From: Cycas panzhihuaensis
Lineage: Eukaryota; Plantae; Cycadophyta
Length of the DNA: 64,000 nucleotides
Assembly: GCA_023213395.1 (NCBI GenBank)
Contig: CM041465.1
Span: 236,909,741-236,973,740, forward strand
Direction: 5' to 3'
Under the pieces are notes generated by a model, which was given only the letters and a program-made list of their open reading frames with translations, was not told where the DNA came from and searched no databases. Position 1 is the stretch's first letter; the number at the start of each line of letters is the position of its first letter. Shown piece by piece: positions 53,301 through 64,000 of the stretch. The position numbers were made by a program, and so were the translations under genes.

Positions 53301-55510
53301 ACATATACTAGATAAAAAAAGATCAAAATTTGATGCAAAAAGCATAGAATACATCATGATAGGGTATAACAAGAATTCAAAAGCCTATAAATACATTGAT
53401 CTAAAAACAAACAAGATATATATTAGCAGAGATATGGTTTTTAATGAAGAAAGCTTGGATTCTCAACCTCATATCAAAATAATTGAGGAAGCAATAAAGA
53501 ACTCAAGTAGAGAAGTCTCCACAGAAGAAATTTTAGACATTACTACAAAAGAGATCCCATTGTTGGAATCATCCTCTTCTAACATAGATTCAACTAAAGA
53601 AGGAAGTTCAACACAAGAAGCAGATTCTTACTCAGAACACTTAGAAGCAAGAGAAGACTCAAGAAAGAAAAAGAAATTGCCCAAATCATTCATCAAGATA
53701 ATTGAAAAAGGAGGAGGCATACTTGATCATAAAATAAGAAATCAAAGACCAAAATCTCTATTCAATCAAATTGAACCTCAGTCCTTTCAAGAGGCTCAAG
53801 ATCAGCCAAAGTGAAAGGTAATTATGGATTCTAAGATGGACTTAATTATTAGAAAACAAATATGGGACCTGGTAGAACTTCCTCCATAGAAACCCATAGT
53901 TAACTACAAATGGGTATATAAGGTCAACAAAGGGGCTAATGGGAAAACTAGAAAATACAAAGCCTAACTTGTTGCAAAAGGGCATACCCAAACAACTAGA
54001 ATTGACTTTGAAGAAACCTTCTCTCTTGTAGCAAAGTTAAACATAGTATGAACTATGATTGCACTTGTAGTATTACATAACTAGAAAATCTTATAGTTAG
54101 ATGTAAAGAGTGTATTCCTAAATGGTGATCTTGAAGAAGATGTGTATATGGCACAATCTAAAGGCTAAATTAAGAAAGGACAAGAACACTTGGTGTGTAA
54201 ATTAAAAAAGGATCTATATAGGCTAAAACAAGCCCCTTGTGCATGGTATGCCAAACTAGATTAGCATCTATATCATAATGAATCTTAATGATATAACTCA
54301 GATTCCAACTTATACACAAGAAGAAAAGATGGTTTAATTATCATAATTGCTATTTATAGAGATGATATGATCCTCACATGGAATGATGATAAAATAATTA
54401 TAGAGATAAAAGGGCAATTAGAAAAGAAATTTGAGATGATAGATCTTGGTCTTCTTAACTATTATCTAGGATTAGAAGTAAGTTGGTAATAAGAATATAT
54501 TTCCCTCTCACAAAGCAAGTACATAAAGGACTTTCTAAGTAAATTCAAGATGACAGACTGTAATCCATGTAAAACACCCTTGGAAATCAATTGTGACCTG
54601 GCAATGGATAAAGGAGAACAACCTATTGATGTCACCCTATATAGACAATTGATTAGTAGTCTGATTTACCTCATAACCACCAGACCTGACATATCCTACT
54701 TAGTCAGAGTCATCTCTAGGTACATGAAAGAATTAAGAGTAAGACATTGGAAAGTTGCTTGGAGGATACTAAGATATCTATGAGGAAAAATCGATCTAAA
54801 ACTAATCTACTCATAAAATAGATCAGCATAACTCATAAGATATTGTGACTCAGATTGGGTAGGTGACAAAGAGTAGAGAAAATCCACCAGTATATACTAT
54901 TTTTTCTTAGGGCTCATGGCAATTTCATGGTATAGCAAAAAATAATATACTATTGTACTCTCCTCAATTGAAGCTAAATATAAAGTAGTTGTAACTACAA
55001 CTTATGAAGCTGTATGGCTCTGACAACTCCTAATCAATTTGAGTCAAACTTAGAGCTAAGTAACAATTTTGTATTGTGATAATTAGAGTGCTATTAAATT
55101 GATCAAGAATCCAATTTATCATGCTAGAACCAAGCACATAGAAATTCATCATCGCTTCATAAGGGAAAAGGTTCATAATAAAGAAATCAAGCTAAAGTAC
55201 TATTATATTGTAGAACAAATTATAAATCTATTGAAAAAGTCATTAGGGAAAGATAAATTTTAGTTTCTAAGAGTCAAAATAGGATTGAGATAGATAAAAC
55301 ATTAAGAGATGGTTTTAAAGGTAATGTTTTATTTAGGCATTACAGAGGGTCATTAATAAACCCTTAATTATGTATCTCACACATGTTAATGTGACATGTT
55401 ATGTCTTCAGAAGTTAGTTTCAAAACTTATCATAATGGTTATAAGTCTCCAATTTATCATCCTTAATAAGAAGCATCATTAGCCTTATGCTTCTTTGAGT
55501 GAAATCAACA
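50364..55510 (+). mobile_element. Ty1/Copia element D
   Basis: LTRs 50364-50587 and 55313-55510, PBS TGGTATTAGAGT 50588-50599, degenerate TSD TTTAT/TTTCT, gag-PR-INT-RT-RH. Confidence 0.92.
51248..55293 (+). pseudogene. Copia D gag-pol, heavily disrupted
   Basis: SKLPKSFD (gag), two degenerate CCHC knuckles, VPDLKINLLSISQL, IRSDGGGE, GYNKNSKAY, YRQLISSLIYLITTRPDISY, FYHART-like motif. Confidence 0.9.
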
Positions 55511-57449
55511 TTTCTCACCTACTATGTGGGTCCCTCACCAAGGGGTTTTCCCTAATCATGCTATCAAAAGGGGTAGAGGGTGCATTTTAGTTTCCAAATT
55601 AGAAAACATCACCATTCCTTTTTCTCTCTAAAACCCTTAGCGGAGGGAAGGGGACCATGCCTATGTGTTCTTGAATCTACACCCATGAGGTGCATGAGTA
55701 TCCTATGTGGGACACTTTAGACTCTACTTCACCCCATTCTAGGTCTTACGCCCTATGCCTAGCCTCCCTTAGTGTTGGTAGTCTTAGGTACCTTTGGCAA
55801 GAGTAATCTCACTCACGAAACTACAAATAAGACTCAATAAGGATTAGCTCAACATATATCATTGAAAATAAAATTTCTAGGAAAGTTTTGGTAGTATTTT
55901 TACCTACCAGATCAAGTTATAACGAAAACACATTTGTATGAGAAATGAAAATACTCAAAAAATGCAATAAAACCACTTTGATACTAACCAATTTCATAAT
56001 CTGTCTAGTGAAATTTTGGTCACATAATAATTATGCAATAGGTACTAAATTCAGATGGCGAAGAGGATGGAGAAAGAGGAAGGAGAGGAGGATCTACAAG
56101 ATACTCTATACCCTCTATAACTTATAATAAATTTGTATAGATCCACCACCTATAAGAGTTAATATAGGCAAAAATTATTGTAATGAGAACAAATATAAAA
56201 GCTACCAAAATAATGAAATTAACCAAGCATGTAAAATAATTGATAGTAGATAGGAGATGGGCCTTATAAATGGTAACTTATCAATTTCTTTTAGGGACTA
56301 AACATGTGATACTAGGCCTTTATTCATCTACAAGTCTCCAACATACCAAGTAGGTGAAATATAAAAAAGAAATCAAGTCAAAAGCAAAGCAATAAATTAG
56401 CATAAAAGGATAAAGTAATGCTGAAAAAAATAAAATAAATCTTGGGATAAGGGTGAGAATTTTGGATTTGTAAGGGGGATTACCTAATTCTAAGAGATGA
56501 AAAGATACTAATGACTTTAAAATCTAGCTAATGAATGATCCAACAATGGCTAATAATCAACCTTGAAACCAAGAATAGAAGCTAATGAGGAAGATTAGAT
56601 GAACTCAAGTATATTAGTAAAAATGTAGTAGTACAATGGAAGCTTAAATAACTTGGAACTTGGCCTCCTCTTTCAAAGAGAAAAGAGAGGTATAAATAGA
56701 TTATTGTGAATGGTTAGGCCCATGGTTTTAAGCCCATAGGTTTAGGAGAAACCATGGTTAATTCCCATGATTTTATAAGAAATTAACAAGATGGACCATT
56801 TATTAGCCCATGGTTTCATCAAAATGCATAGGTAACCTATGATTTTTATGAATCCATAAATGAGGCCCACATTTGAATACCATTAATACAATCCTAAATG
56901 TGGGATTTAAAAAATTTATAAGTGAGAAAATTCATACCACAAAGTTTGGTTTGATACCATGAAAAATCTTTATGATACCATGAAACTCTAGTTCTCTCAA
57001 TGTTTATATACAAAAATTAGTCAAAAAGGTTACAAATCAATCTGGTATGATAAGAAATAGGATGGAACAAGTAATAGTCATAGTAATATAAGAAGAGAAT
57101 AATGAAAATAAGCTAAATTTGAGAAAATTAGGTCCAAGAGAGTAAGCTAAGGAGAAGAAAGATGCAAATAGAATAAGGGAAAGATGAGATACATCTTGCA
57201 AAGGTATTGAGAGGTTATTTTTAACTCATCAAGCTTGAGTGGACAATAAAAAAGCCATTGACTATGGTTAAAATCATCATTGGCAAAATACAATCATAGT
57301 CATTGAGTAAATCAGTAGGCAAATAAGGGCATCTACTCATAATATAGCTACTCTAAGTTATACTAAGCTACGTTAAGAAAGGAAATAAGCACACACATTC
57401 ACATATATATTGGCACAATGTCTATGACATTCTAGGATTGTGGGAAACA

Positions 57450-57800
57450 CTTACCTTCTTGGTAAAATAACCTTTTTAGATGATGGATGCAAGATGGTAA
57501 ATGTTATTAACAATACCTTAATTAGACTAATAATGATCTTATAAACATGAAAGTGGAATACAATCTACTATAGTTTTGCCTACTTATTAGGGATTTAGAG
57601 AATGTTTCCCTTATTAGTAAGGACTCTTGAGGTGTGTTGACTAGGATGGAAGATTGGTTGGTGACCTAATAAAACCAAGATGAGCTAATGGCTACAATGA
57701 ACCTAGATGTGCATGAATGGGGCCACCATAGTTTATCCTCTTTAGTGGCTATTTCTCAAAGTAAACCTAAGTGACTAAGTGGTTACCTTAGTAATTAGAA
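57450..57800 (-). other. PPT and 3' UTR of element I, homologous to 3' UTR of H
   Basis: Reverse complement shares GCCACTAA..GAGG.TAAACTATGGTG.CC and AGCATT.ACCATCTT-like blocks with 47700-48160. Confidence 0.7.
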
Positions 57801-58114
57801 TAGGTTGGATATGATAGACAAAGATTTAGGCTTAAGAGCCATATGACTTGAGTAGAAGAGGGGATATGTCAAATGTTGGGAGATAAAGGCTCAAAAGTCA
57901 AGGATAATTATCATAATTTACCTTATTAGTAGTCATCTTTCCAAGGAGGAGTTATTCAAGCTCATCTCAAAGCTAAGCTTTTTATTTTTGGTTTTATATT
58001 TTTTTTAGGGATTTTTACTATTTTGTAATATTTTTGGATTTTTAATAGTTTTACACTATTTTTATATTTTATAATTATTTTTTGAAAGATAAATAGAATG
58101 AAAGGAAATTATAT

Positions 58115-59878
58115 AAATAGGAAAGGATGAGACTGGCATGTTTCAGTTGGGCCTAGTCTAAGTATCTCTTAACTAACATTATATTTCTTCTATTTCAAGT
58201 CTAAGCTAAGAGATAAGAAGCCTATGGGATTCGAAAGACCACCTTTTCCAAATTTTAAGAAGAAGTCTCCACCTAGTTGTGTTATTTAATTTAGTTACGA
58301 GCATAGCAACAAAAGGCTAAGATGTAAAAGAAATACTAGAATCCACTAGCCTACACAATCAGGTAGAGGAGATCTAAGTTCAGATTATGGTAACAATGTA
58401 TCTTATGTCCTCCCTAGGGAATCCTTTCCTTCTATCATTTAAACCTTTTCAGTTTTACTAAGATAAAGAAAAAGGGTTAAGTGGTAGAAAGTTTTTCTTG
58501 TTTTCTTTTTTGTTTTTTTCTATTCTAAATAAAGGCACATAAAAAAAGTAGACAAAGAGGAAACAAGGTCTAACTACCTCCTTTTCAAACCATATAAATT
58601 TATTTATTTATTTATTTATTATTATTATTATTTTAGATGAAGGACACTAAAATAAAAGATACAAATATCTATTGTAAATGCAACATACCTTTTTAATAAG
58701 TACAACTAGTATGAAATGCAACTATTATAATATGTGACTCTACATGCAACTTGGTGAAAGATAAAATAACATGCAATGTTTATATGATATTTTCCATTCC
58801 ATTCACATGTTGTTTTATTTTTAAAGAATGGATAAAAAAGAAAATGAGAGATTTTAGAAATAATTTTCAACCACTAAGAATGATATGTAGTCCATAAAAG
58901 TGGCAGGAAACTAACCGTAAATGATCTTCTTACAAGCAAACAATAGACTAGTATCATAAAGAGATTCTATTAAACAAGGAGTTTTGAAACACTATGGGAT
59001 CCTTGAACCTCATTCAAGCCAATTACAGTAAAAATATCATTCAAACACCTAAATTTCTTTTCTGAAATAAGAGAAACGTGCAAAAGATAAAGTCAAGAGA
59101 CATAACACCAACATCTTTCAAAACTTTATACTCTAATAATAGATTCTTGCCTCATAATAGTTATCTCTCCTGTAAAATTATTAATCTTTCTCAACATTTC
59201 CCTTAAAACCAACAAGAGAAAGGAAGAAAATTGAGAAGAATAAGCCCAACAATAGCGAAATCCAAAGAAAGGATGAGACTAGATCTCTTAGGAAACTTGG
59301 ACAACAGAGGATAATGAGAGAGAGTAATTATTTTCCATAGTGAAGAGATGGATCCTTCTTCATAATAGTCTACCCCTTTTCTTTCCCATAAAAGGATAAC
59401 CTTTCATCCAAGTTTCTTAAGGGAAAAATGCAGATAAAGGTTTCTAAAAAGTTAACAAGAGGAAGGGAACAAATCTGGTCATAAGAAGTCATCAAAAGAG
59501 TAACCAAATTAGAAGAAACTACAATAGATAAGATCTTACCAAGGATGTGACGTCAGAGGCTAAAAAATCATAATAAACTAAGTATCTTAACAAGGAGCAA
59601 TAATTGAGATTTACACAGTAGTAAGATAGTAAATAGAACTTTAAATTTCTTCCCTTGACTTCACCCTTTCTCCCAAGATAGATCTCTGAAATAGTAAGTT
59701 AAAAATCTCTCAATTTCTTAAGAATCACTCTTAAAATCTTTTCATCAAGCATATTACAATGTAAATGAATCAATACTCTAGGGTTTCAATGGGATATTGG
59801 CATGGATTTAATCAGTTTCCACCAAATCTAGGTGGTGACATGTAAAACTAGCATGTTGATTGAAAATTTTACATGTAT
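58115..59878. repeat. Second copy of repeat X (full extent uncertain)
   Basis: Collinear with 33347-35159. Confidence 0.8.
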
Positions 59879-60729
59879 AATAATAAAAAACATGATTGAT
59901 TATATTTTATTAACAACCAAAAATAAGACCTCATGAATAAAATATGATGAATCATGGTTTTGGTAAGACCAAAAACATAAGAAATTAAGAAGTAAAAATC
60001 ACTTAATGAAAAGTTAAAATTTAGATTTTTATTAAAAAAATAAATAAAAATGACTTAATCAATGACAAAGCAACCCAAAGAGGAGTGAAACCTATAAGTA
60101 GAAGCCCAAAATAGCAAAAAAGAGATAATTAAAAGGTAAAATCGAAAAGAAAAGAAAGAATCAAAAGAATGTTTTAAAGGAAAAATGTTTGGAATGATCA
60201 TAAAGGAGAGGTTTTATCACAATAGTTCTCACTCATCAACAAGTGATAGAACATAATTATATAATCATCATCAATCAACATACATCATTCAGAAATTAAT
60301 AGTACATCTCATCACAACATGGCCTAATAGAACATAAAACAAGCCTTAATCAATTATATCACATGTCAATAATACAAGAAACTTGTTAATGATAAAAAAG
60401 TATCAACTAAAGGCTAGGTTTTGGTGAAACATTTGACCCCTTGACACCTAAAGCTCTTACTTCAAAAGAAGAGTAAGATGGTGAAAGGTGACAATGATCA
60501 AGATCAAGGATTTTCTCAAAAGGTAAAAGGTTTGGATGAGGTATGTAGATGATGGGTAACAAGTCTATAAAAAGTCACTACAATCAAACTAAATAAACCT
60601 TATCGTAACCAGAATAATAAGCCAAAGAGGTACTACTAAGATGCCTAACTAAATAGATAGGGATTGTATTCACTCAATGAAAAAGCAATGCTAAATACCC
60701 ACAAACTAGATGGGACTTAGAAACCTAGA

Positions 60730-60970
60730 TGGTCATAGTTTATCTCTCATTAACTAAGGTTAAGAGGATGGTCCTTTTACCAGAGTATAAAGGATGGATT
60801 ATCATAGTTTTTAGGCTCATTAATAAGTGACATTTTAGAGCCTTAGATTACCATAGTTTCAACTCATTAGTAGGTGAATTTTCAGAGACCTCTATCATAG
60901 TTTAAGCTCATTAATATGAGATAGAATTCAGAGTGTTATTGTGTCAAAGTTTAGGCTCTTTAATAGGTAA
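60730..60970. repeat. Degenerate tandem repeat, about 44-49 bp unit, 4-5 copies
   Basis: Recurrent CATAGTTT(N)AGGCTCATTAATAGGTGA core near 60734, 60803, 60852, 60896, 60945. Confidence 0.8.
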
Positions 60971-61726
60971 AAGGGTTTGAAGCTTCCCAAAGGCCTAAAC
61001 AAGAATTAAAATGGATATCAAAATGAGTTAGAGATACCACATTTAGGCCCTCAAAGTACTCCTTGAAATATTGATGAGTTAAGGTTAAAGATAATCCTAA
61101 CAAAAAAATCATGTCATTTCCTAATTCCAAAATCTTTTATCCAAAAATGATGGTTAAAATAGGAGAATATTAACATGGATAAATCTAATGAAGAGAAGAA
61201 AAAATCCTATCTAAAAAGAAAGGGAAAGGTCCCTCCCTTTTTATAAGAAAAAATTAGAATATTTGATATTATTTTTATGTGAGGGAGTAGGAAACTTAAC
61301 AATCCGAAGGGTCTTTTTTCCCTATTTACTGAGGTGATTTGGAGCTATCTTAGTGAGGGATTAGTTTTGGAAGGTGGAGCCAAGGATGATATAGCGAGGA
61401 ACCATATATCTAGTAAGTCTCCCTTTTTTTTTTAATTAAAATTTTAGAATAAAAATACAATAATACAAGGTGAAAAATGCACATTCAGTAGTAAGAATGC
61501 GATTAAATTATTAAAAATATGATTTGATAGTTTTATATAAGAATTATAAGATCATATTTTTAATAACTAAATCATATTTTATGCTATGTAATTGCATTTT
61601 TAAGTAGACAATTGTGTTTTTGACTAAATTAACATATTTTTTATTTTGAAAAGGAAAATTAAAAAATAAAAGTTTTTTGCAAAGCTAAAATCAAAGCTTG
61701 ACTTGATTATTTTTGATATGATGTAG

Positions 61727-63450
61727 CCTCTAGAGAGGGTAGACATAAGAGAAAATGAACGATTAGCCATTGGAGAGCTAATCAATCAATTGACAGAGGA
61801 GGACTGGGTAATATTGAGGGTATGTGGCCTATCCTAAATGAGTATGTCAACCTAGCTAGTGATGCAATATGAGATTCTACATGATTTCTTCAGTTGTTGG
61901 ATCCTAGGTAGAAATGTTTTTAGAGTATGAGAAATTAGGAATATACAAATTGCCCTTAGAGATATAGGGAGGATACTGGTTGTCAGTAGGAATGGGGAGA
62001 GGATCAGGCTAAACTGAGTGATTGATGATGAGTCACAAGAGGCATGCAACCAATATTTGATAGGGTTCATTGATCAATTTAGTGCTCATGGAGTATCTAT
62101 TGAGGCAATGGGGATGGCAAAAGGGATTCTTATGATACAAAAGATCATTGTCATCATCATCATTTTCAGGATTACTAGAACTAAGAACTTCATGGGGGTT
62201 CTAGCACCTTGGGTAGGAGTAGTGAGAAAGTGTGAGTAAGGTACTAGGATGAACTAGGGGCAATACATAGTTGATAACATATGACTTAAGTTATCATAGA
62301 TTAAGAGGTAGGGTAGGGGAGGCTTTTCCTATAGTTCCATTTTGATATGGCAATTATATAACCATATCCTATTGATGAGGCCAGGAGGAGCACCATGAGA
62401 GTTGACGACCATGGACCCAGGGATGAATAGGTGGGTATATGAAGACTCAGATCTATAATAGGACAACTATCATAGCAAAGAGTATACATAGCCCTCTACT
62501 AAGTCACATAACTAGGAGACAACTTATAGAGGATCTATATGAGGGATTGCCAATATGGAGTGATGATGAGGTCAATGGGGTAGAGAAGGTAGTAGTAGGA
62601 GAGGCTCTTATTACTTGTAGAGGGAGAGGGAGAGTGAGAGGGAGAGAAGGTAGAGGAAGAGGAGATAGAAAAGAGTTTGAGGTGGTTCAAGGTAGGAGAG
62701 GAGAGGCATCAACTAACAGAGAAGGATGAGGAAGTACAGATGTGGTCTAGGCGATAGGGGAAGCACCAAGTGGAGATAGGGAAGGTTCCATACAGAGCAT
62801 GGAACTAGGCTTAGTAGATGGGCAGAGGAGACAGGGAGATAGGAGTAGAGAAGGAAATGGGGAGCCTACTCAAGAGGCTACCTAAGGGCCTCAAGGATAG
62901 GTAATCATACAACTAGGTGAGGAGATGGTGGAAAATCCAATAGGAGGAAGTGAACTAATAGGTATGTTAGTTGATTTATTTTAAATATGCTTGATTATAT
63001 CTTTTGGTTTATCTACCCTTTGTACATAATATTGTTCATGATTTATATATTTTCCATGGATAGGTAAGAAGAGCTTGACTCTTTCAAAGGTCAAGAGGAT
63101 ATTAGCCTTGATTTTCCTTTATGTACTTATGTTGGATGAGCCCCTGACATGGAATATTATTAATTGCATGATGCTAGGGCATCAAATTAAGTAATCCAGT
63201 CTTACACTATGAGCTTGAGATATGTTTCTAGATATAAGGATGGAGTTAAGACTTTGAGAGTCAGAGCTTAAGGCAGTAGATAATGAGCGATGTCATTTGC
63301 AGAGGATGGCATTAATACAAGCTAGGGGATGAGTTACTCCATCTCAGAGCATGATAATTTAGTAAGGACATCTTCTTCCACCATATAGAGAGTTAATACA
63401 TGGATAGTCTACAAATAGAGGAGAGAGGGGCAGAGCCAAGAGGACAAGAG
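61727..63450 (+). pseudogene. Second, diverged PMD gene remnant with E/R/G-rich linker and coiled-coil-like tail
   Basis: 61895-61996 translates CWILGRNVFRV*EIRNIQIALRDIGRILVVSRNG, alignable to the PMD motif and to 3337-3420; ELKAVDNERCHLQ near 63265 parallels ERLHRAKRERDRLQ. Confidence 0.62.
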
Positions 63451-63784
63451 AGATCTTACCAGGGCTCATAGAGATGGGTGTATTTTGTATATGGAGGGGA
63501 GGAGTTAGGAGAGAGGTATAAGGCATTTTGTGAGCCTGAATTATTGTATTATGAGTCACATGAGTGATATATATACTATATTTATTTTTGACACACACAC
63601 ACATACACACATATATTGATCATTTTTATTCTCATAATTTATGTAGCATATATAGTGGATGATTGACTCTAAACTCTTTCCCCCTTTATCCCTCTTTTAC
63701 ATGTTATGAATGTGATATACACCTATTAGAATGAGATTCCATAAAAACATATAATAGTTTTTTTTTTTTCTTTTTTGTCTTTTG

Positions 63785-63920
<136 letters not shown>

Positions 63921-64000
63921 TGGTAGTTTATACTCATTCTAGAGTGTAAAGAGGTCTTAAAGGAGAAAGATTATAAGGAATAATGAAGGAAAATAAATAG

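Larger units (their letters stand above)
40662..55811 (+). mobile_element. Non-autonomous Tat-like element H (gag-PR-aRNaseH; no RT/RH/INT)
   Basis: About 2.5-kb LTRs, TSD CTCAT/CTCAC (40657-40661 / 55812-55816), PBS 43191-43208, PPT AAGGGGTAG 48152-48160, internal region only about 5 kb. Confidence 0.9.
48161..55811 (+). repeat. 3' LTR of H, split by Copia D
   Basis: Starts TGTTTCCTAG after PPT, resumes at 55511, ends ATCTCA. Confidence 0.9.
39557..57449 (-). repeat. 3' LTR of Tat-like element I, in two pieces (39557-40661 and 55812-57449) split by H
   Basis: Terminus CATTCTAGGATTGTGGGAAACA at 57428-57449 followed by PPT complement; pieces joined by the TSD of H; left end resembles LTR end of E. 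Confidence 0.65.

Overview
Plant heterochromatin-type window with no intact host gene. Almost all of it is a deep nest of decayed LTR retrotransposons with heavy CG/CHG deamination (many TGG>TAG and CAG>TAG stops). I resolve four Ty1/Copia insertions: A 1-2770 (+, truncated), B 5881-13525 (+, TSD CCTAC), C 29138-35799 (-, TSD TAATC) and D 50364-55510 (+). There are also five members of one Tat-like Ty3/Gypsy family with 2.2-3.2 kb LTRs; four show a tRNA-Arg-like PBS. E (-, gag-PR-RT-RH-INT) sits in the gag of F (-), which sits in the leader of G (-), which abuts the 3' LTR of I (-). H (+, gag-PR-aRNaseH only) is inserted in the same I LTR. Most notable observations: (1) E has RT/INT with a catalytically degenerate RNase H and no visible archaeal-type RNase H, while sister H has the aRNase H but no RT/RH/INT, a possible two-component retrotransposon. 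(2) An antisense, apparently intron-containing plant-mobile-domain gene occurs twice. (3) Copia C has its PBS and 5' gag replaced, exactly from the LTR edge, by 1.8 kb of a foreign repeat. (4) 20-bp-phased GGTACC palindrome arrays are conserved across diverged LTRs. (5) There is an exact 2180-bp tandem duplication of gag. All alignments and divergences were done by eye and are approximate.
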